Source: Pseudomonadota bacterium (GTDB lineage: Bacteria; Myxococcota_A; UBA9042). From it: a stretch of DNA of 59,668 nucleotides. The stretch covers positions 1-59,668 of the forward strand of contig JBEARB010000120.1 in NCBI GenBank assembly GCA_041163625.1. Direction: 5' to 3'. Each line of letters starts with the position of its first letter. Positions within the stretch are counted from its first letter, which is position 1. Positions 21,525-30,800 of this stretch are shown one piece after another. A model generated the notes under the pieces. The model ran no database searches, was not told the DNA's origin, and saw only the letters and a list, made by a program, of their open reading frames with translations. The translations under genes were made by a program, and so were the position numbers.

Positions 21525-22807
21525 CCGCCGTACCCGCGACTCCGCCCGCTCGGGCCCGAGGCGGCGCCACCTGGCGATGCTTCGGATGGCTGCTCGGCGT
21601 CGGCCTCGCCGCATGCGAACCCGATGTCGCCGGCGGCCCGACCGGCGCGGCCCCCGAGCGCGCCCTCGTCGTCGTCGGTGGCGACTACCAATCGACGGTG
21701 GTCTCGCGCATCGACGTCGAGCGCGCCGTGAGCGACGCGCCCGCCTTCCTGCACTCCGGCAGCGTGGTCGGCGAGACCGGCAGCGCGCTCTCGGGGGACG
21801 TCGTACCGGGCCGCGTCCTCGACGGCTCGGGCGACGCGCTGCTGGTCGATCGCGCCAAGGGCACCGTGACCCGGCTGAAGGGCCTGGGGGTCCACTGGCA
21901 GCGCAACGTCGCCCCCGGATTCTCGGCCAACCCGCAGGACGCCATCGCCGTGCACATCGGCGACGAGCGGCGCGTCCTGGTGGTGCGCGGCCAACCCGAC
22001 GTCCACGGCGGCAGCAACGACTCGGTGCTGGGCGGCGGCGACGACCTCGTCGTCCTCGGCCATGACGGCGTCCCGCTCGGCCGGCTCGCACTCGGCTCCG
22101 CCGCGAGCGCCCCGCCCAAGGGCGGCGCGGTGATGGCGATGGCCGGCAGCGGCGCGTGGACCGGCGACGCGCTCTGGTTGCCGCTGGCCTCGGTCAGCCC
22201 GGCCTTCGACGGCTACGGTCCCGGCCGCCTGGTGCAGGCGCGAGTCGCCGCCGACGGAGCCACCAGCCTCGGTCTCGGCGTGGAACTCGGCCCGCTCCGA
22301 AACTGTCGCGCGGCACGACGCCTCGCGGGTCCGGGGCTGCGGCTGGGCGTGGTCTGCAGCGGCAGCTTCGCGGAGGGCCCGGCGGAGCAGCTGGCCGGCT
22401 CGGGGTTGGCCGTCGTGCGGATCGAGGGCGATGCGGCAGCGGTCGAGCGTGTGGTCCCGGCGGCGAACTTCGGAGCGCCGCTCGGCTTCCACGTCGCGGT
22501 GTCCGAGCAGACCGACACGGCCGTCGTCGTCGCGCTCGGCGACCTCGAAGCCGGCCAGCCGGACGCCGTCTGGGCCGTCGACGTGCAGACGGGCGCCGGC
22601 ACGTCGATCGCCCTCGGACGCGGCGCCTTCACGCTCGGCGGGCTGTGGCTCGACGCGACCACGCAGACCCTCTGGGTCGCCGACAGTGGCATCTCCACCG
22701 CCGGGGATTTGCGGCGGTTCCGGATCGACGCGGCGGGCTGGCAGGAACTCGATGCCGTGGCGTCGGTGCCAGGCGGCCTGCGCGCCCTGGAGCTCGCGCC
22801 GTGGTAG
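21521..22807 (+). CDS. Hypothetical lipoprotein in the cobalamin uptake operon (possible BtuG-like surface or periplasmic beta-propeller)
   Basis: Its ATG overlaps the btuB stop (ATGA at 21521-21524). Lipobox LLGVGLAAC. It is Gly/Asp/Val-rich and beta-rich with repeated segments (e.g. DGSGDALLVD, DGATSLGLGV, DTAVVVALGD, DATTQTLWVADSG). The position between btuB and btuF matches that of btuG-type accessory genes. Confidence 0.6.
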   Translation: MTAVPATPPARARGGATWRCFGWLLGVGLAACEPDVAGGPTGAAPERALVVVGGDYQSTVVSRIDVERAVSDAPAFLHSGSVVGETGSALSGDVVPGRVLDGSGDALLVDRAKGTVTRLKGLGVHWQRNVAPGFSANPQDAIAVHIGDERRVLVVRGQPDVHGGSNDSVLGGGDDLVVLGHDGVPLGRLALGSAASAPPKGGAVMAMAGSGAWTGDALWLPLASVSPAFDGYGPGRLVQARVAADGATSLGLGVELGPLRNCRAARRLAGPGLRLGVVCSGSFAEGPAEQLAGSGLAVVRIEGDAAAVERVVPAANFGAPLGFHVAVSEQTDTAVVVALGDLEAGQPDAVWAVDVQTGAGTSIALGRGAFTLGGLWLDATTQTLWVADSGISTAGDLRRFRIDAAGWQELDAVASVPGGLRALELAPW

Positions 22808-23793
22808 CGCGGCCGAGGCGGATCGCACCGCTGCCGCTGGCGCTCGGCCTCGCCCTGGTCAGCACCGGCTGCGGCCGCTCGCGGGGCTCGGCATCGACCG
22901 CCGCGGTCGGGCCCGCCCCGCGCTCGTCGCCGAACGCGGCGGTCGCGCTGCCGACCGCCGCGAGCGGGACCGACGGAGACGCCGTCGCCATCGTCGACGA
23001 CCACGGGCGGCGCTGGGAGGCCGCGCCCGCCCGCCGCATCGCCAGCCTCTCGCCCGCGCTGACCGAGGTGCTCTTCGCGGTCGGCTGCGGCGAACGCGTG
23101 GTGCTGCGCGACCGATGGAGCGACCACCCACCGGAAGCCGCTGCGATTCGGGCGATCGACGCGCTCGCCCCGTCAGCCGAGCTCTTGCTCGCGGCCCGCC
23201 CGGACGTCGTGGTCGCGAGCTTCCCGGCCGGCAAGCTCGAGGGCGCCCTGCGCGGCGCCGGCCTGCCGTGGCTGGGGCTGTCACCCAGCGACCTCGCCGG
23301 CGTCGGCCGCGACCTCCGACGCATCGGGGCGCTCTGCGGCCGGCCGGTTGCCGGGCAGCGGGCTGCAGAGGACCTGGCGGCGGACCTGCGGCGCACGGCG
23401 CAGCGCGTCGCAGGGCGGCGACGCCCGCGCGTCTACCTCGAACTCGACCACGCCGCCGGTGGCCGCGCCTGGACGCCGGGCGACGACACCTTCGCCGCGG
23501 CGGTGCTGCGGGCCGCCGGTGCCGACAACGCGTTTGCGGACTTGCGCGGCTGGCCGCAGATCGGCGTCGAGGCCGTCCTCGCGGCCGACCCCGACGTGGT
23601 CCTCCTGGCTTGGCCCGGTGCGCATCAAGACGCGCCGGCTCGCTTCGCGGAGCGGCCGGGCGTGCGCGGGCTGCGCGCGGTGCAGCAGGGGCGCGTGCTG
23701 CGCGTGGATCCGGCAATCTTCGGGCGGCCCGGCCCCCGCGTCGGCGAGGCCGTGCGAACGCTCGCGGCGATGCTGCATCCGGAGTCGCGATGA
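22801..23793 (+). CDS. btuF: ABC transporter periplasmic substrate-binding lipoprotein, BtuF/TroA cluster A type (cobalamin-binding)
   Basis: GTG start (VARPRRIAPLPLALGLALVSTGC lipobox). Family motifs include RIASLSPALTEVLFAVGCGERVV and the two-lobe pattern with DPDVVL. It overlaps the upstream stop and its stop overlaps the next start (ATGA at 23790-23793). Confidence 0.75.
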   Translation: MVARPRRIAPLPLALGLALVSTGCGRSRGSASTAAVGPAPRSSPNAAVALPTAASGTDGDAVAIVDDHGRRWEAAPARRIASLSPALTEVLFAVGCGERVVLRDRWSDHPPEAAAIRAIDALAPSAELLLAARPDVVVASFPAGKLEGALRGAGLPWLGLSPSDLAGVGRDLRRIGALCGRPVAGQRAAEDLAADLRRTAQRVAGRRRPRVYLELDHAAGGRAWTPGDDTFAAAVLRAAGADNAFADLRGWPQIGVEAVLAADPDVVLLAWPGAHQDAPARFAERPGVRGLRAVQQGRVLRVDPAIFGRPGPRVGEAVRTLAAMLHPESR

Positions 23794-25580
23794 AGCACTC
23801 GACGCTCGCCGTCTGGCTGGTCGGTGCAGTCGCGCTCGCACTGTGCGGGGTCGCCGGCCTGCTCGTCGGCCCAGCCGGACTCGAGGCGGTGGCCAGCGAG
23901 GCGATTCTGGAGTTGCGTGCGTTGCGCAGCCTCGGTGCCGCATTGACCGGCGCCGCCTTGGGTTTGGGCGGGCTCTGGCTCCAGGCCACGACGCGCAATC
24001 CGCTGGCCGACCCCTACCTGCTCGGCACCAGCGCAGGCGCCACCTTGGCGGTCGTCGCTGCGCTGACGCTGGCGGCCGGCGTCGGTCTCGGCGCAGCGCT
24101 CGCGCCGGCGACGCCGCTGCTGGCGCTCGGGGGCGCGTTGGCCGCGTCGACGCTGGCGATGCGGGTCGGCCTGCGCGCGGGCGGTAGCCCGGACCGCGTC
24201 GTCCTCGCCGGCCTGGTCCTGACCGCTTTCGCCGGAGCCGCGACCAGCTTGCTGCTCTACCGCGCCGACGACGCCAGCCTGCGCGCCGCGACGCAATGGC
24301 TGATGGGCGGCGTGGTCGTGCAATCCCGCGCCGAGTTGGTGCTCCCGGCGCTGGCCGTGGGCCTAGGCACCTGGGCCGCACAGCGCGCCGCCGCGGGCCT
24401 GGACGTGATGTTGCTCGGACGCGACGCGGCGCGCGGCGTGGGCGTCGACGCGGCCGGGCTCGAACGTCGCGGCGCCATCTGGGCGGCGGTGCTGACGGCG
24501 TTCGCGGTGGCCATCGCCGGCATCGTGGGCTTCGTCGGGCTCTTGGTCCCGCACGGCGCGCGCGCCCTGGTCGGCGGTGCCCACGCGCGCTTGGTGCCCG
24601 CGACCGCCCTGGGCGGTGCGGCCTTCTTGCTCGCCGTGGACATCCTCTGCCGGGTCGCGTTGGCCCCGGCCGAGCTGCCGATTGGCATCCCGACCGCGCT
24701 CGCCGGCGTCCCGGTGTTGATCGGCCTGTTCGGCGGGCTGCGGCGCGGCGTCGGCCTCGCGCGGCTGCAGGCGCCTGCGACCGCACGGGCGGCCGCCGAC
24801 TCGAGCCAGCGCGACACACACCCGACCGGCGGCGCGAAGCCTGCGCGGCTGGATGTCGATGGGCTGCAGGTGGGCTTCGGCCAGCGACCGGTGCTGCGAG
24901 CGGTCCGATTCTCGCTGCCCGCCGGCTGCCTCGTGGCGCTGGTCGGTCCGAACGGAGCCGGCAAATCGACCCTGCTGCGCGCGCTCGCGGGCGCCCAGAC
25001 CAGCCAGGGTCGAGTCCTCGACGACGGCGAGCCGCGCGCCCCGGGCGGGGTGGTGCAGGCCGAGCGGGTGGTGTGGCTCCCTCAGCGGGTCGAGCTGCCG
25101 CCGGGCCAGACGGTGCGCGGCCTGGTCGGCCTGCCGCTGGCCGTGGCGGGCGAAGCCGATGCCCAGTCCGAGGCAGCGCTGCGTCGCGCGCTCGAGCGTG
25201 CCGGCGCGACGGCCTACACCGACCGACCACTGCACACGCTCTCGGGCGGGCAACTCCAACGGGCGCTGTTGGCGATGACGCTGGTGCGGCCGGCCCCGCT
25301 GCTACTGCTCGACGAGCCCACCGCCGCGCTCGACCCGGTCGCCGCGGCGGAGGCGTTCGCCACGCTCGCCGAGGTGGCGCGCACCGAGGACCGAACCATC
25401 GTCGCAGCCAGCCACGATCTGCACGCGGCGCTCGCGCACGCCGACCGCCTGCTCGTGCTCGACGCCAACGGGCAACTGCACTGCATCGACGCCGCGGACA
25501 CCGACCGCTGCGGCGCCGCCCTGCGCGCGGCGTTCGGCGACGGAATCGACGCGCTGAGGCTCGGTCCGAGGCTGGTCTGA
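23790..25580 (+). CDS. btuCD: Fused ABC transporter permease (FecCD/BtuC type) and ATPase (BtuD type) in one reading frame
   Basis: It starts MKHSTLAVWLVGAVALALCG. About 330 aa of FecCD-family transmembrane domain follow, including PLADPYLLGTSAGA. It continues without a stop through the linker ARLQAPATARAAADSSQRDTHPTGGAKPA into an ABC ATPase (GPNGAGKSTLLRAL Walker A, LSGGQLQRALLA signature, LLLLDEPTAALD Walker B, ASHDL H-loop). Confidence 0.75.
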   Translation: MKHSTLAVWLVGAVALALCGVAGLLVGPAGLEAVASEAILELRALRSLGAALTGAALGLGGLWLQATTRNPLADPYLLGTSAGATLAVVAALTLAAGVGLGAALAPATPLLALGGALAASTLAMRVGLRAGGSPDRVVLAGLVLTAFAGAATSLLLYRADDASLRAATQWLMGGVVVQSRAELVLPALAVGLGTWAAQRAAAGLDVMLLGRDAARGVGVDAAGLERRGAIWAAVLTAFAVAIAGIVGFVGLLVPHGARALVGGAHARLVPATALGGAAFLLAVDILCRVALAPAELPIGIPTALAGVPVLIGLFGGLRRGVGLARLQAPATARAAADSSQRDTHPTGGAKPARLDVDGLQVGFGQRPVLRAVRFSLPAGCLVALVGPNGAGKSTLLRALAGAQTSQGRVLDDGEPRAPGGVVQAERVVWLPQRVELPPGQTVRGLVGLPLAVAGEADAQSEAALRRALERAGATAYTDRPLHTLSGGQLQRALLAMTLVRPAPLLLLDEPTAALDPVAAAEAFATLAEVARTEDRTIVAASHDLHAALAHADRLLVLDANGQLHCIDAADTDRCGAALRAAFGDGIDALRLGPRLV

Positions 25581-25649
25581 CGCGTGGACTTCTGGTAGCT
25601 TCGTCGCGCTCGAACGAGCGTGCCGCGCGCGCGGCCGAGGTCGTACGTC

Positions 25650-27737
25650 ATGAATCGAATGCTCATCGCCCACCCGCTCCGGCTCGTGCTCGCGCTGCTG
25701 CTGAGCCTCACGACGGTCTCGTGCAACACCTACCCGGTGCACAGCCTGCTCGAGAACTTCCGCGTCCGTGTGACCGACAAGCTCAGCGCCGACGAGCCGG
25801 TCAAGCTGGACTTCCTGTGGGTCGTCGACCACTCCGCCTCGATGTGCCAGGAGCAGCGCGACCTCGCCAAGGGCTTCCAGAGCTTCATCACCAAGCTGCA
25901 GTCGCTCGGTTCGATCGACGCGCAGATGGCCGTCGTCACCGTGCAGCAGGTGCCCGACAAGACCGACATCAAGGTCGTGGGCCGCTTCATGCACCGCCCG
26001 GCCACCGCGCTGCCTGCGAACTGCATGGAGCGTGTCCGCCTGCCCTGCATCAACGACTCGCAGTGCAGCACCCCGTACAACTTCACCTTCCCGACGACGA
26101 CCGACGGGACGCTCTGCTCGCCCAACCCGATGCCGGTGGCCAACAGCTTCACTTCGGGCAAATGGCAGTGCGTGGGCCCGGACGCCAAGGACGTGGCGAA
26201 CACCAACTGCTCGATCAACTCGTACTGCGAGGCGCGCTGCTCCGACACCAAGAACCACACGGATTGCCGTGCGTTGTTCGAGCCGGACGTGCCCAAGGAC
26301 AAGCAGCGGATCAAGTGCGTGGTGCCCGGCGGCGGCGCCAACACCGGCAACGCCGGCTGCCTCTACCCGCCCGAGAGCGAGGGCTGCCCGCCCGCCGACC
26401 AGCTGCCGGCGGTGCTCAAGGCCGACCAGCTCGACCTGTTCCGCTGCAACGCCACGCTCGGCGCCGGTCAGTCGCTCGAAGCGGGATTCGAGGGCGGCTT
26501 CCGCTCGGCGTGGGTGGCCTTGGACCCGGACGGCCCCAACTGCAACTACGACGCCTGTGTCGCGCACCTGCGCTCGTGCTGCGTGGACGGCGGCGAGTGG
26601 TGCAAGAGCGACCAGAACGACGCCAAGTGTGCCAAGGACAAGGCCGAGTTCTGCGAAGAGCTCAAGGACGAGACCAAGTGCCAGAACCGCGCGCTGCTGC
26701 GTGACGACGCCTACCTGGTCATCGTCTTCGTCAGCGACGACGACGACTGCTCGGTCGATCCGGCGATCAACCCGCTCGACAAGAAGTTCGTGACCAAGGA
26801 GGACTGGGGTGTTTGCCAGAAGATCGGCGACGCCAAGGCCGGCAACCAAGAGCTCAACGAGGGCAACTGCGAGTTCCGCCGCTCCAAGAACGCCGGGGTC
26901 TACTGTCCGTCGGACTGCGTGCCCGGCGCGACCACCAAGGATCCCTCGGGCAAGCTGAAGTGCCCGAACGGCTGCAAGGACGGCAGCCCCGAGCAGGCCA
27001 CCTGCCAGGAAGCGGTCGAGGCTGGTCGGAGCTCGTGGGTCCGCAAGAAGGCGGCCTTCCCGCCGGTCGGCGAGTGGGTCAACCGCTTCAAGTCGTTGAA
27101 GAACGACCCGGCTCGCGTGATCGTGGCCTCGATCGCGGGAGACACCATCGACGCCGACGCGGGGACGCAGACCGGTCGCGACCGCGTCAACTACTACCGC
27201 TCCAGCTTCGCCGACGTCGCCAGCAAGCAGACGCCGTACATCTGTGAAGGCGCGCGTGGCGAGGCCGGCTACGGCTCGCGCTACATCGAGATGGCGACCT
27301 CGTTCCGCGAGAACGGCGTCGTGCAGAATATCTGCAAGGGCGCCGACTTCGGCTCTGCGCTCGAGAATATCGCGACGACGATTCTCAAGCGCGTCATCAA
27401 GGTGTGTCTGCCGCAGCCGCCCTACGACGTCGACGGCGTGCCGAGCCTGAACGTGTCGCGCACCCGCAACGGGGTCGCCGAGGTGATGGAACTGACGGAC
27501 GGTCCGGTCCCCGGCAACGACAAGAGCTTCTACATCGCGCCCTCGCCCGATTGCCGCGCCGGCAAGGCCGACCTGCCCGGCCAGCTCGCGGCCTGCAAGG
27601 TGACGCGCGACTGCAGCCCCGGCCTGACCTGCATCGACGGCCTGTGCCAGGCCTACAACGACGCGATCTTCTTCTCGGAAGTGCCGCAGCCGACCGACGT
27701 CATCGAGATCAACTACGCGGCCGACCTCGGCCTGTAG
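25650..27737 (+). CDS. Secreted Cys-rich lipoprotein with an N-terminal von Willebrand factor A-like domain
   Basis: Start MNRMLIAHPLRLVLALLLSLTTVSC (lipobox) with GAGG upstream. A vWA-like core follows: LDFLWVVDHSASMCQEQRDLAKGFQSFITKL ... MAVVTVQQ. More than 50 Cys are present, many as CxxxxC pairs. The ORF is 695 aa. Confidence 0.7.
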   Translation: MNRMLIAHPLRLVLALLLSLTTVSCNTYPVHSLLENFRVRVTDKLSADEPVKLDFLWVVDHSASMCQEQRDLAKGFQSFITKLQSLGSIDAQMAVVTVQQVPDKTDIKVVGRFMHRPATALPANCMERVRLPCINDSQCSTPYNFTFPTTTDGTLCSPNPMPVANSFTSGKWQCVGPDAKDVANTNCSINSYCEARCSDTKNHTDCRALFEPDVPKDKQRIKCVVPGGGANTGNAGCLYPPESEGCPPADQLPAVLKADQLDLFRCNATLGAGQSLEAGFEGGFRSAWVALDPDGPNCNYDACVAHLRSCCVDGGEWCKSDQNDAKCAKDKAEFCEELKDETKCQNRALLRDDAYLVIVFVSDDDDCSVDPAINPLDKKFVTKEDWGVCQKIGDAKAGNQELNEGNCEFRRSKNAGVYCPSDCVPGATTKDPSGKLKCPNGCKDGSPEQATCQEAVEAGRSSWVRKKAAFPPVGEWVNRFKSLKNDPARVIVASIAGDTIDADAGTQTGRDRVNYYRSSFADVASKQTPYICEGARGEAGYGSRYIEMATSFRENGVVQNICKGADFGSALENIATTILKRVIKVCLPQPPYDVDGVPSLNVSRTRNGVAEVMELTDGPVPGNDKSFYIAPSPDCRAGKADLPGQLAACKVTRDCSPGLTCIDGLCQAYNDAIFFSEVPQPTDVIEINYAADLGL

Positions 27738-27865
27738 CCTCGCCGCCGTCGAGGGCCACGTTCCTGACCCGAATCGAAGCCTGGCCCCCCACAACTTCAT
27801 ACGCGGCGCGCGCGGAGATGGTAGCCTCGCGAGCGCGAGGCGCTTCTGCGCCCGGAGGATCGCCG

Positions 27866-30800
27866 ATGCATCGCCCCTGCTCGCGCCCACTCTCGCTGCT
27901 GCTCTTCGCGCTGCTCGCGCTCGCCGCCTGCTCGCCGAGCAAAGACCAGCCGGTCCAGGGATTCACCAACCCCTTCGCAGACGTGCAGGACGACGGCGGC
28001 AAGGTCACGCCCGACACCCAGACCGACGGAGGCGGCACCGGCGGCGGCGGGGCGTGCAAGGTCGACGCGGATTGCCAAACCGGCGAGATCTGCCACCCGC
28101 AGCTGGGCTTCTGCTACGCGCTGCCCTGCACGCCCGGCGAGACGCGCTGCCTCGGCCCCTACGTCGTGACCTGCGCGGCCGACGGCCAATCGCTCGAGCC
28201 GGCGCCGAAGCTCTGCCCGAGCGGGACGGTGTGCAAGGCCGGCGCCTGCCAGCTCGCCGGCTGCGGCGACGGCGTCTGCGCGGCGGGTGAAGGCGAGAGC
28301 TGCCAGAGCTGCACCACCGACTGCGGTAGCTGCCCGGAGACCTGCGGCAACGGCGTCTGCGCGCCGACCGAATCGTGCGCCGATTGCCCCGGTGATTGCG
28401 GCCCCTGCGGCGGTGGCGCGGGCTGCCAGGCCAGCGAGACGCCCGGCTGTAGTGGGTGCGCCTGCGAGTCCTGCGTCTGCAAGGTCGATCCGGCGTGCTG
28501 CTCGGGCGCCTGGGACGAAGCCTGTGTCGCCCTCTGCCAGCAATGCGGCAGCCCCTGCGAGGCGAGCTGCGGCGACGGCACCTGCGAGCCCAAGGCAGGC
28601 GAGTCCTGCAAGACCTGTCCCGGCGACTGCGGCGAATGCCCGGCCAGCTGTGGCGACGGCATCTGCGCGGCCAAGCAGGGCGAGAGCTGCCAGAGCTGCG
28701 CGGCGGATTGCGGCACGTGCGCCAGCTGCGGCGACGGCGTCTGCGCGCCTGCGTTCGGCGAGAGCTGCGACACCTGCGCGGCCGATTGCGGCGCCTGCAA
28801 GGTCTGCGGGGACGGCATCTGCAACGTGCTCGGCGGCGAGAGCTGCAACAGCTGCCCGGCGGACTGCGGCAAGTGCACCGCCACCTGCGGCGACGGCATC
28901 TGCGACCCGAAGGGCGGCGAGTCCTGCGGTACCTGCAAGGAAGACTGCGGCGGCTGCGAGTTGTGCGGCGACGGCGTCTGCGGCGCCGCCACCGGCGAGA
29001 CCTGCGGCACCTGCGCGACCGATTGCGGCGCCTGCCCGAGCTGCGGCGACGGCACCTGCCAGCCGCAGAACGGCGAGAGCTGCGACACCTGCCCTGGCGA
29101 TTGCGGCGTCTGCAAGCCGACCTGCGGCGACGGCCTGTGCGAGCCGCCCAAGGGCGAGAGCTGCTCGGTTTGCCCGGACGATTGCGGCGCCTGCCCCGCG
29201 AGCTGCGGCGACGGCTCCTGCAACGGCAACGAGACCTGCAGCAGCTGCGCCGGCGACTGCGGCCCGTGCAAGCCGGTCTGCGGCGACGCGACCTGCAACG
29301 GCACCGAGACGTGCAAGAGCTGCCCGGGCGATTGCGGCGATTGCCCACCGAGCTGCGGCGACGGCAAATGCCTCGGCGACGAATCGTGCACGCTCTGCCC
29401 GGCCGAGTGCGGCAGCTGCCCGCCGAGCTGCGGCGACGGCAAGTGCAACGGCCTCGAAGCATGCCAGACCTGCCCGGAGGATTGCGGCCCGTGCAAGCCG
29501 ACCTGCGGTGACGGCGCATGCAACGCCAGCGAGACGTGCAGCAGCTGCCCGGCCGACTGCAAGGCCTGCCCGACCAGCTGCGGCGACGGCCTGTGCAACG
29601 GCAGCGAGTCGTGCAAGACCTGCCCCGGCGATTGCGGCGCCTGCCCGGCCAGCTGCGGCGACGGCCTGTGCACGCCGAGCGCCGGCGAGAGCTGCCAGAC
29701 CTGCCCGACCGACTGCGGCAGCTGCCCCGCGACCTGCGGCGACGGCCTGTGCGAGCCGGCCAAGGGCGAATCGTGCGGCAGCTGCGCCAAGGACTGCGGC
29801 AGCTGCCCCGGTCAATGCGGCGACGGCCTGTGCGCCCCCGCGAGCGGCGAGAGCTGCGCCACCTGCCCCGGCGATTGCGGCGCCTGCCCCGGCAAATGCG
29901 GCGACGGCCTGTGCACGCCCAAGGACGGCGAGACGTGCAGCAACTGCGCGGCCGATTGCGGCTCCTGCCCGCAGGCGTGCGGCGACGGCGTGTGCAGCCC
30001 GGTGGCCGGTGAGAGCTGCAGCACCTGCGAGAAGGATTGCGGGCCCTGCCAGCCCGACGCCTGCGGCGACGGCGTGTGCAGCGCGACGGTCGGCGAGAGC
30101 TGCAAGAGCTGCCCGAAGGATTGCGGCGCCTGCAGCGACGGCTGCACGCCGACCAAGACGCCGGGCTGCGACGGCTGCGGCTGCGAGGCCTGCGTCTGCG
30201 CGAAGGATCCGTTCTGCTGCAACACGGCGTGGGACAATATCTGCGTGAACGCCTGCGGCGCGGACTGCGGCGGCGGCTGCAAGGGCGTCTGCGGCAACGG
30301 CACCTGCGAGGCCAACGCCGGCGAGACGTGCAGCAGCTGCGCCAAGGACTGCGGCGCCTGTCCGAACAGCTGCGGCGACGGCAAGTGCGACCCCGCGCTC
30401 GCCGAGACCTGCTCGACCTGCGCGGCGGATTGCGGCCCCTGCGGCCCGACTTGTGGCGACGGTCAATGCGACCTGGCCGCCGGCGAGAGCTGCAAGACCT
30501 GCACCAAGGACTGCGGCGATTGCCCGGCGGTCTGCGGCGACGGCCAATGCGCGGCGAGCGAGAGCTGCACCAGCTGCAGCAAGGATTGCGGCCCCTGCCC
30601 CGCGGTCTGCGGAAACGGCCAGTGCGAGGCGGCGCTCGGCGAGAGCTGCAAGAGCTGCGTGAGCGACTGCGGCGCCTGCCCCGCGGTCTGCGGCGACGGC
30701 CAGTGCAACCCGCTGCTGGGCGAGGATTGCTCGACCTGCCCGAAGGATTGCACCTTCTGCCCGCCGAAATGCGGCGACGGCGTGTGCAGCCCCACCGACG

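Noticed and set aside
22859-25230. Large minus-strand ORFs (379 aa and 649 aa) across btuF and btuCD
   Set aside because: They are Arg/Pro/Ala-rich antisense frames. The plus strand encodes a canonical btuF and a transmembrane-plus-ABC ATPase.
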